From positions 3,776,001-3,840,000 of the forward strand of contig CM000208.1 of the NCBI GenBank assembly GCA_000002445.1: DNA of 64,000 nucleotides. The letters are read 5' to 3'. The position numbers were made by a program, and so were the translations under genes. Source of the DNA: Trypanosoma brucei. Its lineage: Eukaryota. Shown in pieces: positions 32,701 to 40,861 of this stretch (position 1 is the first letter of the stretch; every line of letters starts with the position of its first letter). The notes beneath the pieces are model-generated. The model had not been told where the DNA came from and ran no database searches. It saw only the letters and a program-made list of their open reading frames with translations.

Positions 32701-34142
32701 AACATATCACACTTAACTACACCACGCCCACACACGGTGATACGATTCTGCATCTTCTGGTGCAGAACCACCAGATACAATTGGCACGGTACTTCCTCGC
32801 CGCGGCGCACTGCTTCTTCGCCTGCTACCAATACGACCAGCCGTCTACCGTTCCGCCGAACTTCCCGGTGAGCAGCGAGAGGGGGACCTGTGGAGACACA
32901 GTAGACAGTGACTCTAGATATCCTGCCGTGTTCTTGCGAAGCATGCTGCGCACAAATAAACATGGGCTGACAGCTTTTGATTATGCCCGGGGGATGATGG
33001 TGTCGGTACTACAAGAATACGGATGTGTTCCACCAACCTACCGCCCCAACCCCCGTGAGTTTTGCCACACCGTTCGGCTCGTTGATGGCATGAGTACCTT
33101 CCAAAGAGTTCCTCAGCTTCTTCTTGTCTCCCCAGACTTTGTGAAACTGCGTGACAACGTGCGCACAAATACAAAGCAGCAAGACCCGTCGGTCAAACCA
33201 GTTATCACAGACGCCACGATACAACGGAATCAAGCAGCTGCACTCCGCATCACACGGTCACATATCCTCACCACCATCCTTGCAGATGATGTTAGCTTGC
33301 TGCACCTTGGCCTCTGTGCTGCGGATGACGAGCTCGTGCTTGAAAATATTGAACGTAGAAGAAGAAAAAGAGCAGCTGAACTTTACCATCCTGCTGCTGC
33401 TTCAGGACGAAGCATGTCAAGTCCGCGAGGGCCCTCAATACGGGACCAGCAAGGTGGCAACCAAAGGTTAACTCGCCTTCCGCACATCGGCGGCGCAGCA
33501 GAAACTGCTGCTCGGACGAGTACCCCGGCCAGTGGTGGTCGGAAGGTTGACAAGGAAATGCACAGCATGATGAAACTCATTGACTCTCTTCAAAAACGTG
33601 GTCTTGTTGTATTCCCGCTGCTACTACCCGCGACAGAAGATGACAAGAAACGCACGGCAGCAATACATAGCAATGATGGATTAGCCCTCCAACTGGCCAT
33701 GACACCTATGACCGTAGCACTCCAACAAGGTGCAGTTAAGCTCGAGGTGGCGACTGTAACTTCCCCCAACCCCACACAACAACAGCAGCAACAACACCGC
33801 AGTCCTGTAAGTGCTACCGAGCCCTTGGACAGCATGTACAACAATGACGTGCAGGACGCGACAATATCACCACGCTCGCTACAGCCTTACACGTTCCCAC
33901 CGAAAGACACCCCCAGACAGCACCCTGCCAATATGCTGGAGGCATGGTTAGCAAGCAGCAAAATGCAAAAGGGAGTGCACACCAAAGTAAGCCAGGAGCT
34001 ACATCAGAATACTCAGGCGATAATAAGAGTCATGGAAAAAGGAAACTGTTCTCGGTCAGCAAAACAAATCGGACTTACTGTGTCAATGCCGTACGAAATA
34101 CGCAACGAAGAAAGCACCACTAAAGAGTCATTCAGAAAATAA
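23760..34142 (+). CDS. Giant (3460 aa) SPRY-domain and ankyrin-repeat protein
   Basis: Uninterrupted 10.4-kb ORF from an ATG. Around aa ~880-900 there is a SPRY/B30.2-like segment (VIGCHVDMTTRSASYTVNGVSLGTVFTALPSATGLRPAVSLQ). Around aa ~1180-1600 there are multiple ankyrin repeats (TALHLACENGQLAVVRALIAGGAQLNVQN; TPLHLAVESGHEKVALDIV; GDTVLHAAARKGMLSVIEYI; GHTPLLAAIHAHQEEAAQLI). More ankyrin-like repeats occur near the C-terminus (GDTILHLLVQNHQIQLARYFL). Confidence 0.85.
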   Translation: MTSAAALRPPVTLLWDARVSCSTQEKGKQDGSSPVLDSEPHIISLGELDVLSCSDEELELHLNGIRDLVQSRPDSWLKKKGGKGFSKRQLALIQDELVHYQGVLKQANEILSWLLCRLNDRISVLRRDESMLREYYESLERGTGIDEDYNMHKKDKFHRRLRESKRRAPIKRYSKELEFLTSRHTQLVQLLTTVESEERAYNVRGADEDTSRRSKLLSPEDTKIEEIYRDAAAAGGGKAVTLMRMRALQPLIRKEQELRFVPPLLASDVHSRLRKEIILPFSVRVLALKIEKGNIIGDKFVQWYINTVVDPLTMAQLVELVPREHLVTTTVRLAKVCDAYPQSRRAQPLPDISHVVLESVSEGRIDAFASLVLSTSATCTRALRDKDEEAIILFSAVITAQVEVIRRIISVGFYNTNALNVWLFLNPNNKCNYYKTYVHETTNNVKKYLSSLSRSSRDHLSTEGAEEDVIEMAQITLTQKWEEWDSSLLTGGLGASLRHFLNNRLLWKRNTSTPKPRSSASRGGRDSAAEGWEKGHGMDVSLSVSFTPSLLNKLTSGDPTFSSLLSRRKFDRLPMSAPKCAVLPATSTPMLRRVDPWGYTPLETTGAHLLLVGDTSTVNAHVVRLPARRMTKWNEHVPNEPQDVRMQRDQMQTLIDSHGTRFYYEVHISLFFLINDVPLSPSPFEYTAAASENATSEGLPSQQRCTAYVGWCSEECVAAADGYSSNQPLGSDTSSIGISFDVVHRHRLDELTEEVILRPMKHAVGCTNTIEVANDGGEMQSVSLIRMYFQSWNRTPDGADENGSVSDDAISFGESRTSWVYSGLGTFSSEGFSLEKPRQPSETVVPFVKLVGEGNEESATEEDDSDDIPRVIRNVFRLAGVPVYKSQSIVIGCHVDMTTRSASYTVNGVSLGTVFTALPSATGLRPAVSLQVSEEMKSILQGVNQSDSTVVRFVFDRHLLLSHHMELLEPGAVEIESTTRSSSLQDIKPLGGSEEVELIPGMGITKDALLFDGDMMQCAMVRLLTGAERGSCSDAFDDEELMKGGRESISLGTALRVRTSSIRALLNNPTPNEDLLFFPPVLLRRRSDESEKVASGITIIPEDAMLAPLCAALAMRQRIAAYQIVIHPLLDFETSNHIMLQQRRMAVLACSTLGYEEVLYVLLQRMAIHEVVALFSIKAPAAPQDSQPKLNRRFAIIPANSANKITSASTLQYFHYTPLHCALLEGHTNCAHLLLFYLNRALGKEYLRHALNVFSRGGETALVISSRVGYTDIAKRLLALGASPFLFDRVTRSNCLELACAGGSEEIALALLDTPDFHSPVAVNQAGSAPPLCWCALKNISALVRPLLENGADPNVTLDGPTPLFLAVMFESQEVALELLRYCESTANKTAPSANAYRAALRKRFGAPTARRPGGEELGDEGPLAMLDVDAMDPRTQCTALHLACENGQLAVVRALIAGGAQLNVQNKASFATPLHLAVESGHEKVALDIVEYAKNKLRRGHEVLDINAIDKSGDTVLHAAARKGMLSVIEYIMSQFSEEEVARIHKNHDFSKRPSPANVLAVNRQGHTPLLAAIHAHQEEAAQLIASLVPDYLANPGGAIVSGTCVAISESDVEGLDNVTLFLLSSPNYVATEDFRKRFFDHYNAKRAEMDLSEDYPNSEEVRRPRVALHVNKRHSKRRGRRVRVVPSFRKQRMSFRLSISSMYGVGRSRGSTSAVARDVRTEDSRSRWVVANEHLARSKMTRIAPRRCSMFVRMLLAKGYRNPTTRKTIQFLKQGFAIDELYAMLDVISFETLRKAQSHWSMQYTDSIISFLHMFGGVHVAPIDAVLFIRKLFYSHELTENVDKEQVEESKQKLMNMRPLCRDLVNMVRTRGTLTDCVEDMRQMVLQSGLSGDKLTEELTSPFGYTVLQLAATLSLANVCTYLINECHMSPLFVPAGHSDESTSNATTTRARSDDEDSEQKWLLSPFRLAVRTLNIEVITAFLACDYNSFSIHDMLDHKELPIADPFQRTAIQELLSKPTDTLSDEAIGSIVTVLRLLLRHGVSVQGNFDALGNDAWMMAVCSSPGKGIALQVFLEEHVELGEEDIASETGESFTQPAFSDGNRDEEEEEEDEEREQHPQTECSSEADGGRSEDFLTEPSASMVSETATMNSSLSLVLTMRRKPGEALASFGYVRRRVGRRRGQRSSEYYASLIFACAENNPQLLAKFITEYPHVLSTDVINSKTGETLLMYLLRRASDLYVLECGLRNLFLWEGKTDAPTPSPDSAGALLYDTPQTHPTVESGSTPYRDPLTIPGVRILLGVVDQLLRTFSFNNLHYECNGQTALTLAARLSCNPAVRHIVIQGCQQAGSDTTTVVLSSPSKSSTKVLGWGTLSGGDRSPARMSSPCNEGLQNELRIFNCWMSLCNCLYYTEEDMEALFAVLRHLPSSIRVSFLGMVYPNLHPMVALRVAVLYTNAMKRILIKPMVSSTFWCSVFYAQFVGRLEEEVLRNGKWNTLLSILLPCASAIPIYLLKSMPSFPETSPDDLLPGTSLASVTPTEQSTERIARGSVLQQPSNWRTIINGTEQYIKQIATAAVCAVAPVHLTSGTQSYKNLPAVRQSFLSEMASHFHEVLELAVRFDNCALLSALINMLPADLCHCLKFEWRCLMEKNHLPVIAVTAGSVNVLKYLERIPEAGRYVTYDRYDRIDTDTGMPDDYAANEHNAQQDATQPRRRSISLPSIAFLGSNERPQNTLSPHKGLDKAGDASPSEKKQSEGGQLKGSNSGTAAGNSQEAGDTTKEGTLHSWDVISAVHQRKAVGAVTWGVGAAARPVSMHKQSVSKESSNTTMKLSRGRQHGGATRRRSAGTGKSFNVTPASSAPDSWRSGADGKPKSSPSKRRLSLEGGPGTGGTSFTSPSRGMRLFSITPEVREQPRYFAYYLCDWALHTTLLLHAPYPSMRMIETLLHLMDNRAPLSASAIHMFLAASRPMNHWSSGEGEHITLNYTTPTHGDTILHLLVQNHQIQLARYFLAAAHCFFACYQYDQPSTVPPNFPVSSERGTCGDTVDSDSRYPAVFLRSMLRTNKHGLTAFDYARGMMVSVLQEYGCVPPTYRPNPREFCHTVRLVDGMSTFQRVPQLLLVSPDFVKLRDNVRTNTKQQDPSVKPVITDATIQRNQAAALRITRSHILTTILADDVSLLHLGLCAADDELVLENIERRRRKRAAELYHPAAASGRSMSSPRGPSIRDQQGGNQRLTRLPHIGGAAETAARTSTPASGGRKVDKEMHSMMKLIDSLQKRGLVVFPLLLPATEDDKKRTAAIHSNDGLALQLAMTPMTVALQQGAVKLEVATVTSPNPTQQQQQQHRSPVSATEPLDSMYNNDVQDATISPRSLQPYTFPPKDTPRQHPANMLEAWLASSKMQKGVHTKVSQELHQNTQAIIRVMEKGNCSRSAKQIGLTVSMPYEIRNEESTTKESFRK

Positions 34143-34351
34143 ATGTTCAAAACACACAAAAAAATGTAAACAAGCACTTACTAATTATCAAAATTAAAAA
34201 TCACATTTTCACAATAGAAACAAGTAACGGAAAAAAATGCTGAAAAATAAAAAATATACACCCAAACCTACAAAAACACTTTATCACTCTACAACAGACA
34301 GGAAGAAAAAAGACACCTAGTTTGTAAGGAATGTTGTGGCCTGGAAACACT

Positions 34352-34465
34352 GTCGCGCATGATGTGCTCAACTGGAATTACCATCTGAACGCGGGATACC
34401 GCAAGTCGATGAATTAATGCTACGTGCATTACCTCCGCTGTTACTCGTATCACTGACACCGCGAC
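34352..34465 (+). ncRNA. Candidate box C/D snoRNA (array copy 1)
   Basis: GTCGCGc-ATGATGT(C box)-19 nt-CTGA(D')-19 nt-GATGAA(C')-~40 nt-CTGA(D)-cacCGCGAC. The 6-bp terminal stem GTCGCG/CGCGAC brackets the C and D boxes, as in canonical C/D snoRNAs. No rRNA target complementarity could be checked. Confidence 0.4.
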
Positions 34466-35559
34466 TGTTTCCTTTGTTTTGAGGCCCTCAGGGAAGCGCG
34501 TGATGACATACAAAGTTGTTTGCACATTTTCCGACACACCGTGAGCGAGTTACAATATTACAAGAACACCATCTGAATTTTTGTCGACTCTACCCCTTCC
34601 TCCTTATTGGTGATGGCACAATGCATCTGTTCCCTTCTTTTATTTGGACCCTCTTCTTCCTACCCACTTACATACATGCACACACGTCTCTGTGTAAATG
34701 TATGCAGATATGTATACACACACACACTCTCTCTCTCTCCCGAATGCCGAGGCCTTTCTGTCTGTTCCCGGTCGGTGATTAGCAGTGCGTCTTCCACCTA
34801 ACGACCCTTGATGATTATGATACGATGCCTGGTCAACAGAACTATACTACACCAAATTTAGTAAATGAGACCACAGTGCAGGCAGAGGCTGGCAATCCTC
34901 GTCCGCCAGCAGCCGCCCCGGGCAGGATGGCGCCCGTGTCCCTGGCGTGACGTCTAATCGGTGCGGCGAGATGTGCTGACACTTTTGCGTCGCGTGATGA
35001 GGTGCAGAAGGCATGTCGCCGCTACGGCGGTGGCTCGCGTAGCCGTCTGGCTGTGCGCGTACTGTGAGCTACTGTACTCCATGGGTGAACAATCTCTGAT
35101 GACGTGTCACAGCGGGAGCAGTGTCGCTATGCGTTCCCGTCAGTAATACGGGCTAACGGTACGAAGCACGTGCGAGAGGTAAGTGGAAATCCGCTGCCTG
35201 TGAACACAGCAGGTACACATGATGCACACAATTCAATACTCACTCTGAACATCACTTGTCAGGAGGAATGTGATAACATGCACCACCAGCTGATCACATC
35301 CACGTGCATACATGCACACATGCCCTATCCCGCTTCCTTCACTTTTTCACACAGTCTGTGTGTCTGTGTGTCTGTGTGTGTGTGTGTACACCCGCATGTT
35401 TGTATACTTGTTTGTGACCATGCCAATGGACCCTTAATTACTCTATTTTTTTTTTCTCGTGGGCGGCTTTGAGACTGAGTGTGCGTCCTTAATACGCGAA
35501 CAACAAGCAAGGCCTCGTTGTTTGCTAGTTTGTAAGGAATGTTGTGGCCTGGAAACACT

Positions 35560-35673
35560 GTCGCGCATGATGTGCTCAACTGGAATTACCATCTGAACGC
35601 GGGATACCGCAAGTCGATGAATTAATGCTACGTGCATTACCTCCGCTGTTACTCGTATCACTGACACCGCGAC
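35560..35673 (+). ncRNA. Candidate box C/D snoRNA (array copy 2)
   Basis: Same element as copy 1: C box 35567-35573, D' 35593-35596, C' ~35616-35621, D 35661-35664, terminal stem 35560-35565 / 35668-35673. Confidence 0.4.
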
Positions 35674-36767
35674 TGTTTCCTTTGTTTTGAGGCCCTCAGG
35701 GAAGCGCGTGATGACATACAAAGTTGTTTGCACATTTTCCGACACACCGTGAGCGAGTTACAATATTACAAGAACACCATCTGAATTTTTGTCGACTCTA
35801 CCCCTTCCTCCTTATTGGTGATGGCACAATGCATCTGTTCCCTTCTTTTATTTGGACCCTCTTCTTCCTACCCACTTACATACATGCACACACGTCTCTG
35901 TGTAAATGTATGCAGATATGTATACACACACACACTCTCTCTCTCTCCCGAATGCCGAGGCCTTTCTGTCTGTTCCCGGTCGGTGATTAGCAGTGCGTCT
36001 TCCACCTAACGACCCTTGATGATTATGATACGATGCCTGGTCAACAGAACTATACTACACCAAATTTAGTAAATGAGACCACAGTGCAGGCAGAGGCTGG
36101 CAATCCTCGTCCGCCAGCAGCCGCCCCGGGCAGGATGGCGCCCGTGTCCCTGGCGTGACGTCTAATCGGTGCGGCGAGATGTGCTGACACTTTTGCGTCG
36201 CGTGATGAGGTGCAGAAGGCATGTCGCCGCTACGGCGGTGGCTCGCGTAGCCGTCTGGCTGTGCGCGTACTGTGAGCTACTGTACTCCATGGGTGAACAA
36301 TCTCTGATGACGTGTCACAGCGGGAGCAGTGTCGCTATGCGTTCCCGTCAGTAATACGGGCTAACGGTACGAAGCACGTGCGAGAGGTAAGTGGAAATCC
36401 GCTGCCTGTGAACACAGCAGGTACACATGATGCACACAATTCAATACTCACTCTGAACATCACTTGTCAGGAGGAATGTGATAACATGCACCACCAGCTG
36501 ATCACATCCACGTGCATACATGCACACATGCCCTATCCCGCTTCCTTCACTTTTTCACACAGTCTGTGTGTCTGTGTGTCTGTGTGTGTGTGTGTACACC
36601 CGCATGTTTGTATACTTGTTTGTGACCATGCCAATGGACCCTTAATTACTCTATTTTTTTTTTCTCGTGGGCGGCTTTGAGACTGAGTGTGCGTCCTTAA
36701 TACGCGAACAACAAGCAAGGCCTCGTTGTTTGCTAGTTTGTAAGGAATGTTGTGGCCTGGAAACACT

Positions 36768-36881
36768 GTCGCGCATGATGTGCTCAACTGGAATTACCAT
36801 CTGAACGCGGGATACCGCAAGTCGATGAATTAATGCTACGTGCATTACCTCCGCTGTTACTCGTATCACTGACACCGCGAC
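36768..36881 (+). ncRNA. Candidate box C/D snoRNA (array copy 3)
   Basis: Identical copy, offset +1208 bp. Confidence 0.4.
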
Positions 36882-37975
36882 TGTTTCCTTTGTTTTGAGG
36901 CCCTCAGGGAAGCGCGTGATGACATACAAAGTTGTTTGCACATTATCCGACACACCGTGAGCGAGTTACAATATTACAAGAACACCATCTGAATTTTTGT
37001 CGACTCTACCCCTTCCTCCTTATTGGTGATGGCACAATGCATCTGTTCCCTTCTTTTATTTGGACCCTCTTCTTCCTACCCACTTACATACATGCACACA
37101 CGTCTCTGTGTAAATGTATGCAGATATGTATACACACACACACTCTCTCTCTCTCCCGAATGCCGAGGCCTTTCTGTCTGTTCCCGGTCGGTGATTAGCA
37201 GTGCGTCTTCCACCTAACGACCCTTGATGATTATGATACGATGCCTGGTCAACAGAACTATACTACACCAAATTTAGTAAATGAGACCACAGTGCAGGCA
37301 GAGGCTGGCAATCCTCGTCCGCCAGCAGCCGCCCCGGGCAGGATGGCGCCCGTGTCCTTGGCGTGACGTCTAATCGGTGCGGCGAGATGTGCTGACACTT
37401 TTGCGTCGCGTGATGAGGTGCAGAAGGCATGTCGCCGCTACGGCGGTGGCTCGCGTAGCCGTCTGGCTGTGCGCGTACTGTGAGCTACTGTACTCCATGG
37501 GTGAACAATCTCTGATGACGTGTCACAGCGGGAGCAGTGTCGCTATGCGTTCCCGTCAGTAATACGGGCTAACGGTACGAAGCACGTGCGAGAGGTAAGT
37601 GGAAATCCGCTGCCTGTGAACACAGCAGGTACACATGATGCACACAATTCAATACTCACTCTGAACATCACTTGTCAGGAGGAATGTGATAACATGCACC
37701 ACCAGCTGATCACATCCACGTGCATACATGCACACATGCCCTATCCCGCTTCCTTCACTTTTTCACACAGTCTGTGTGTCTGTGTGTCTGTGTGTGTGTG
37801 TGTACACCTGCATGTTTGTATACTTGTTTGTGACCATGCCAATGGACCCTTAATTACTCTATTTTTTTTTTCTCGTGGGCGGCTTTGAGACTGAGTGTGC
37901 GTCCTTAATACGCGAACAACAAGCAAGGCCTCGTTGTTTGCTAGTTTGTAAGGAATGTTGTGGCCTGGAAACACT

Positions 37976-38089
37976 GTCGCGCATGATGTGCTCAACTGGA
38001 ATTACCATCTGAACGCGGGATACCGCAAGTCGATGAATTAATGCTACGTGCATTACCTCCGCTGTTACTCGTATCACTGACACCGCGAC
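37976..38089 (+). ncRNA. Candidate box C/D snoRNA (array copy 4)
   Basis: Identical copy, offset +2416 bp. A fifth copy (39184-39236) is truncated after the D' box, where the array ends. Confidence 0.4.
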
Positions 38090-39307
38090 TGTTTCCTTTG
38101 TTTTGAGGCCCTCAGGGAAGCGCGTGATGACATACAAAGTTGTTTGCACATTTTCCGACACACCGTGAGCGAGTTACAATATTACAAGAACACCATCTGA
38201 ATTTTTGTCGACTCTACCCCTTCCTCCTTATTGGTGATGGCACAATGCATCTGTTCCCTTCTTTTATTTGGACCCTCTTCTTCCTACCCACTTACATACA
38301 TGCACACACGTCTCTGTGTAAATGTATGCAGATATGTATACACACACACTCTCTCTCTCTCTCCCGAATGCCGAGGCCTTTCTGTCTGTTCCCGGTCGGT
38401 GATTAGCAGTGCGTCTTCCACCTAACGACCCTTGATGATTATGATACGATGCCTGGTCAACAGAACTATACTACACCAAATTTAGTAAATGAGACCACAG
38501 TGCAGGCAGAGGCTGGCAATCCTCGTCCGCCAGCAGCCGCCCCGGGCAGGATGGCGCCCGTGTCCCTGGCGTGACGTCTAATCGGTGCGGCGAGATGTGC
38601 TGACACTTTTGCGTCGCGTGATGAGGTGCAGAAGGCATGTCGCCGCTACGGCGGTGGCTCGCGTAGCCGTCTGGCTGTGCGCGTACTGTGAGCTACTGTA
38701 CTCCATGGGTGAACAATCTCTGATGACGTGTCACAGCGGGAGCAGTGTCGCTATGCGTTCCCGTCAGTAATACGGGCTAACGGTACGAAGCACGTGCGAG
38801 AGGTAAGTGGAAATCCGCTGCCTGTGAACACAGCAGGTACACATGATGCACACAATTCAATACTCACTCTGAACATCACTTGTCAGGAGGAATGTGATAA
38901 CATGCACCACCAGCTGATCACATCCACGTGCATACATGCACACATGCCCTATCCCGCTTCCTTCACTTTTTCACACAGTCTGTGTGTCTGTGTGTCTGTC
39001 TGTGTGTGTGTACACCTGCATGTTTGTATACTTGTTTGTGACCATGCCAATGGACCCTTAATTACTCTATTTTTTTTTTCTCGTGGGCGGCTTTGAGACT
39101 GAGTGTGCGTCCTTAATACGCGAACAACAAGCAAGGCCTCGTTGTTTGCTAGTTTGTAAGGAATGTTGTGGCCTGGAAACACTGTCGCGCATGATGTGCT
39201 CAACTGGAATTACCATCTGAACGCGGGATACCGCAGGATGATGTCTTGAAACTATACTCTTTTCCTGCGCCTTTTTATTTTTCTCTTAGTGTTTATTTAT
39301 TATTCTG

Positions 39308-40861
39308 ATGTCTGGAGAAAACTTGAATAAATCGATGAGTGCTGAAAGGGTTGCTGGGTCGTTGTCCGTAGGTCATGGCGTAGATCATGGTTCTCGTAAA
39401 CGAGCTCGTTCTATTTGTTTGAAGCAAAATTTTTCTCGACTTTTGTACCAGATGGTTATTCGTCAGCTGCATCATGATGGTTTTCTTGCTGCTGCATCCG
39501 CTGTCGCAGACGCTACTAACGTTGTTGTTCCGAGGCTGGAGGAAAATGCTGATCGATTGTCGAAGGTGGTTAGTTGGGGTCTCGCTGTGGAGGAGAGCAG
39601 TGTGGTTGAAATTGAGAACTTCTTCAAATTTGAAGTTGTTGAGCGATATTTGAGTGCATCGAGGGTATATATGCCGCTACACCTATCAGAGAGTGCAAGG
39701 GTGGGATCCATGGCGTATCGTATGCGAGAGCGTTTTATTACCTCATCTCTAGGTGGTGTTGTTCGACGTCTGGCATTTTCTTCGGATGGTTCGCTTATTG
39801 CATGTGGGGGAACTGATGGTCTGTGTGCCATTTTTTCTTTGAATACAATTGAGGATCTCAGTGCCCTTGAAGAAGTGCGGCAGGAGCAGCACTTTAACGG
39901 ACTTGATGGGAGTAACCCTAGTAATATTGGGGTGGGCAACGCAAGCAACAAAATTACGGAGCTCGCTGAGGCCCGTCGCTTTCATGAACACACGCACTCT
40001 GTGGAGGCTATTTCCTTTCATCCAACCAAGCAGCTTCTTGTCACTGGAGGTTTCGAGGGAGATTTGTACATTCGTGACTACAGTCAACCAGACAACCACG
40101 TTGTACACAAATTACGTGATGCTTTTCCTGTACGTTCCGCCGTTTTTCATCCCTCTGGAGAATACGTGCTGTACGCTACAGATCACACCACGCCAAGGCT
40201 TCTGAACCTCCGGAGTGGATCAGTGGTGGCCCCTGTGGCACACTCCGATAACGCTGCAGCAACCTGCGTAACCGCGATGGCAGGAGGAAAGGGAGTAGCT
40301 CGTGGTGCTTCTCAGAGGAAAGGCTGTGACGCAGGCCACGCGGCTGCTCTATGTGACGTGGATTTTTCTCCCGACGGCCGGACCTTCGCCTCATGCGGTC
40401 TAGACGGATCACTGATTGTGTATGACGGAGTCAGTAGTCGCATTGTGGCGAAGGTAAACAATGCACACTCAAGTGTTCCGGTAACCAGCGTAAAATTTAG
40501 TCGAACTGGTAATATTCTCCTCACCGCGGGCATGGACTCAGTTGCTCGGCTGTGGGACCTGCGGCGTGGGGATGGTGGGTGGGGCTGTACAGAAGTTATG
40601 TCGTTCGGCGAGCCTGGAAAATGTAATCACCGCAGCTTCCGTGCTTCTTTCAGCTGCAACGAAAGCCACGTCCTCTCCCAGGACACTTCCCTGTTTGCCA
40701 TTCACGCACACTGCGTCTACACAGGGGATACCTCATACACACTTACGGTGCCCAACCACATGCAGCGGGGCTTTGCCCCTGCGCCTTTTAGTAATGTAGT
40801 CGTTAGCGGTGGCGACGACTCACGTATGCGGCTATGGACACCGGCATGGACCACGGCGTGA
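39308..40861 (+). CDS. LisH-like + WD40 repeat protein
   Basis: 517 aa starting at an ATG. The N-terminus has a LisH-like helix pair (FSRLLYQMVIRQLHHDGFLAAASAVADAT). At least five WD40 blades have the typical G-x-D...W/Y-D endings (GGTDGLCAIFSL, TGGFEGDLYIRD, SCGLDGSLIVYD, TAGMDSVARLWDL, SGGDDSRMRLW). It sits 70 bp downstream of the array end, behind a pyrimidine-rich stretch and an AG. Confidence 0.8.
   Translation: MSGENLNKSMSAERVAGSLSVGHGVDHGSRKRARSICLKQNFSRLLYQMVIRQLHHDGFLAAASAVADATNVVVPRLEENADRLSKVVSWGLAVEESSVVEIENFFKFEVVERYLSASRVYMPLHLSESARVGSMAYRMRERFITSSLGGVVRRLAFSSDGSLIACGGTDGLCAIFSLNTIEDLSALEEVRQEQHFNGLDGSNPSNIGVGNASNKITELAEARRFHEHTHSVEAISFHPTKQLLVTGGFEGDLYIRDYSQPDNHVVHKLRDAFPVRSAVFHPSGEYVLYATDHTTPRLLNLRSGSVVAPVAHSDNAAATCVTAMAGGKGVARGASQRKGCDAGHAAALCDVDFSPDGRTFASCGLDGSLIVYDGVSSRIVAKVNNAHSSVPVTSVKFSRTGNILLTAGMDSVARLWDLRRGDGGWGCTEVMSFGEPGKCNHRSFRASFSCNESHVLSQDTSLFAIHAHCVYTGDTSYTLTVPNHMQRGFAPAPFSNVVVSGGDDSRMRLWTPAWTTA

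Larger units (their letters stand above)
34318..39236 (+). repeat. Non-coding tandem array, 1208-bp unit x 4.07 copies; probable reiterated snoRNA gene cluster
   Basis: Exact 1208-bp periodicity: identical segments at 34516, 35724, 36932 and 38140. Homology begins at 'tagtttgtaaggaatg' (34318) and ends inside a fifth unit at 39236, where '...gggataccgca' diverges. Each unit contains an internal (GT)n/(TCTG)n microsatellite and a T10 tract. Units are >99% identical. There is no long ORF; the short ORFs in the track are alternate-frame noise. Confidence 0.95.

Noticed and set aside
34516-39203. Repeated sets of 60-122-aa ORFs on both strands within each 1208-bp unit
   Set aside because: They are short, overlap each other in different frames, and read through (GT)n and poly-T tracts (e.g. 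...CVCVSVCVCVH...). The unit is better explained as a non-coding snoRNA cluster.
34318-39236. Possibility that the 1208-bp array is a spliced-leader RNA or 5S rRNA gene array, or a retroelement
   Set aside because: No sequence resembling the 39-nt SL exon (…AACGCTATTATTAGAACAGTTTCTGTACTATATTG) or a 5S rRNA was found in the unit. There is no RT/endonuclease-like ORF, target-site duplication or poly(A) tail to suggest a retroposon.
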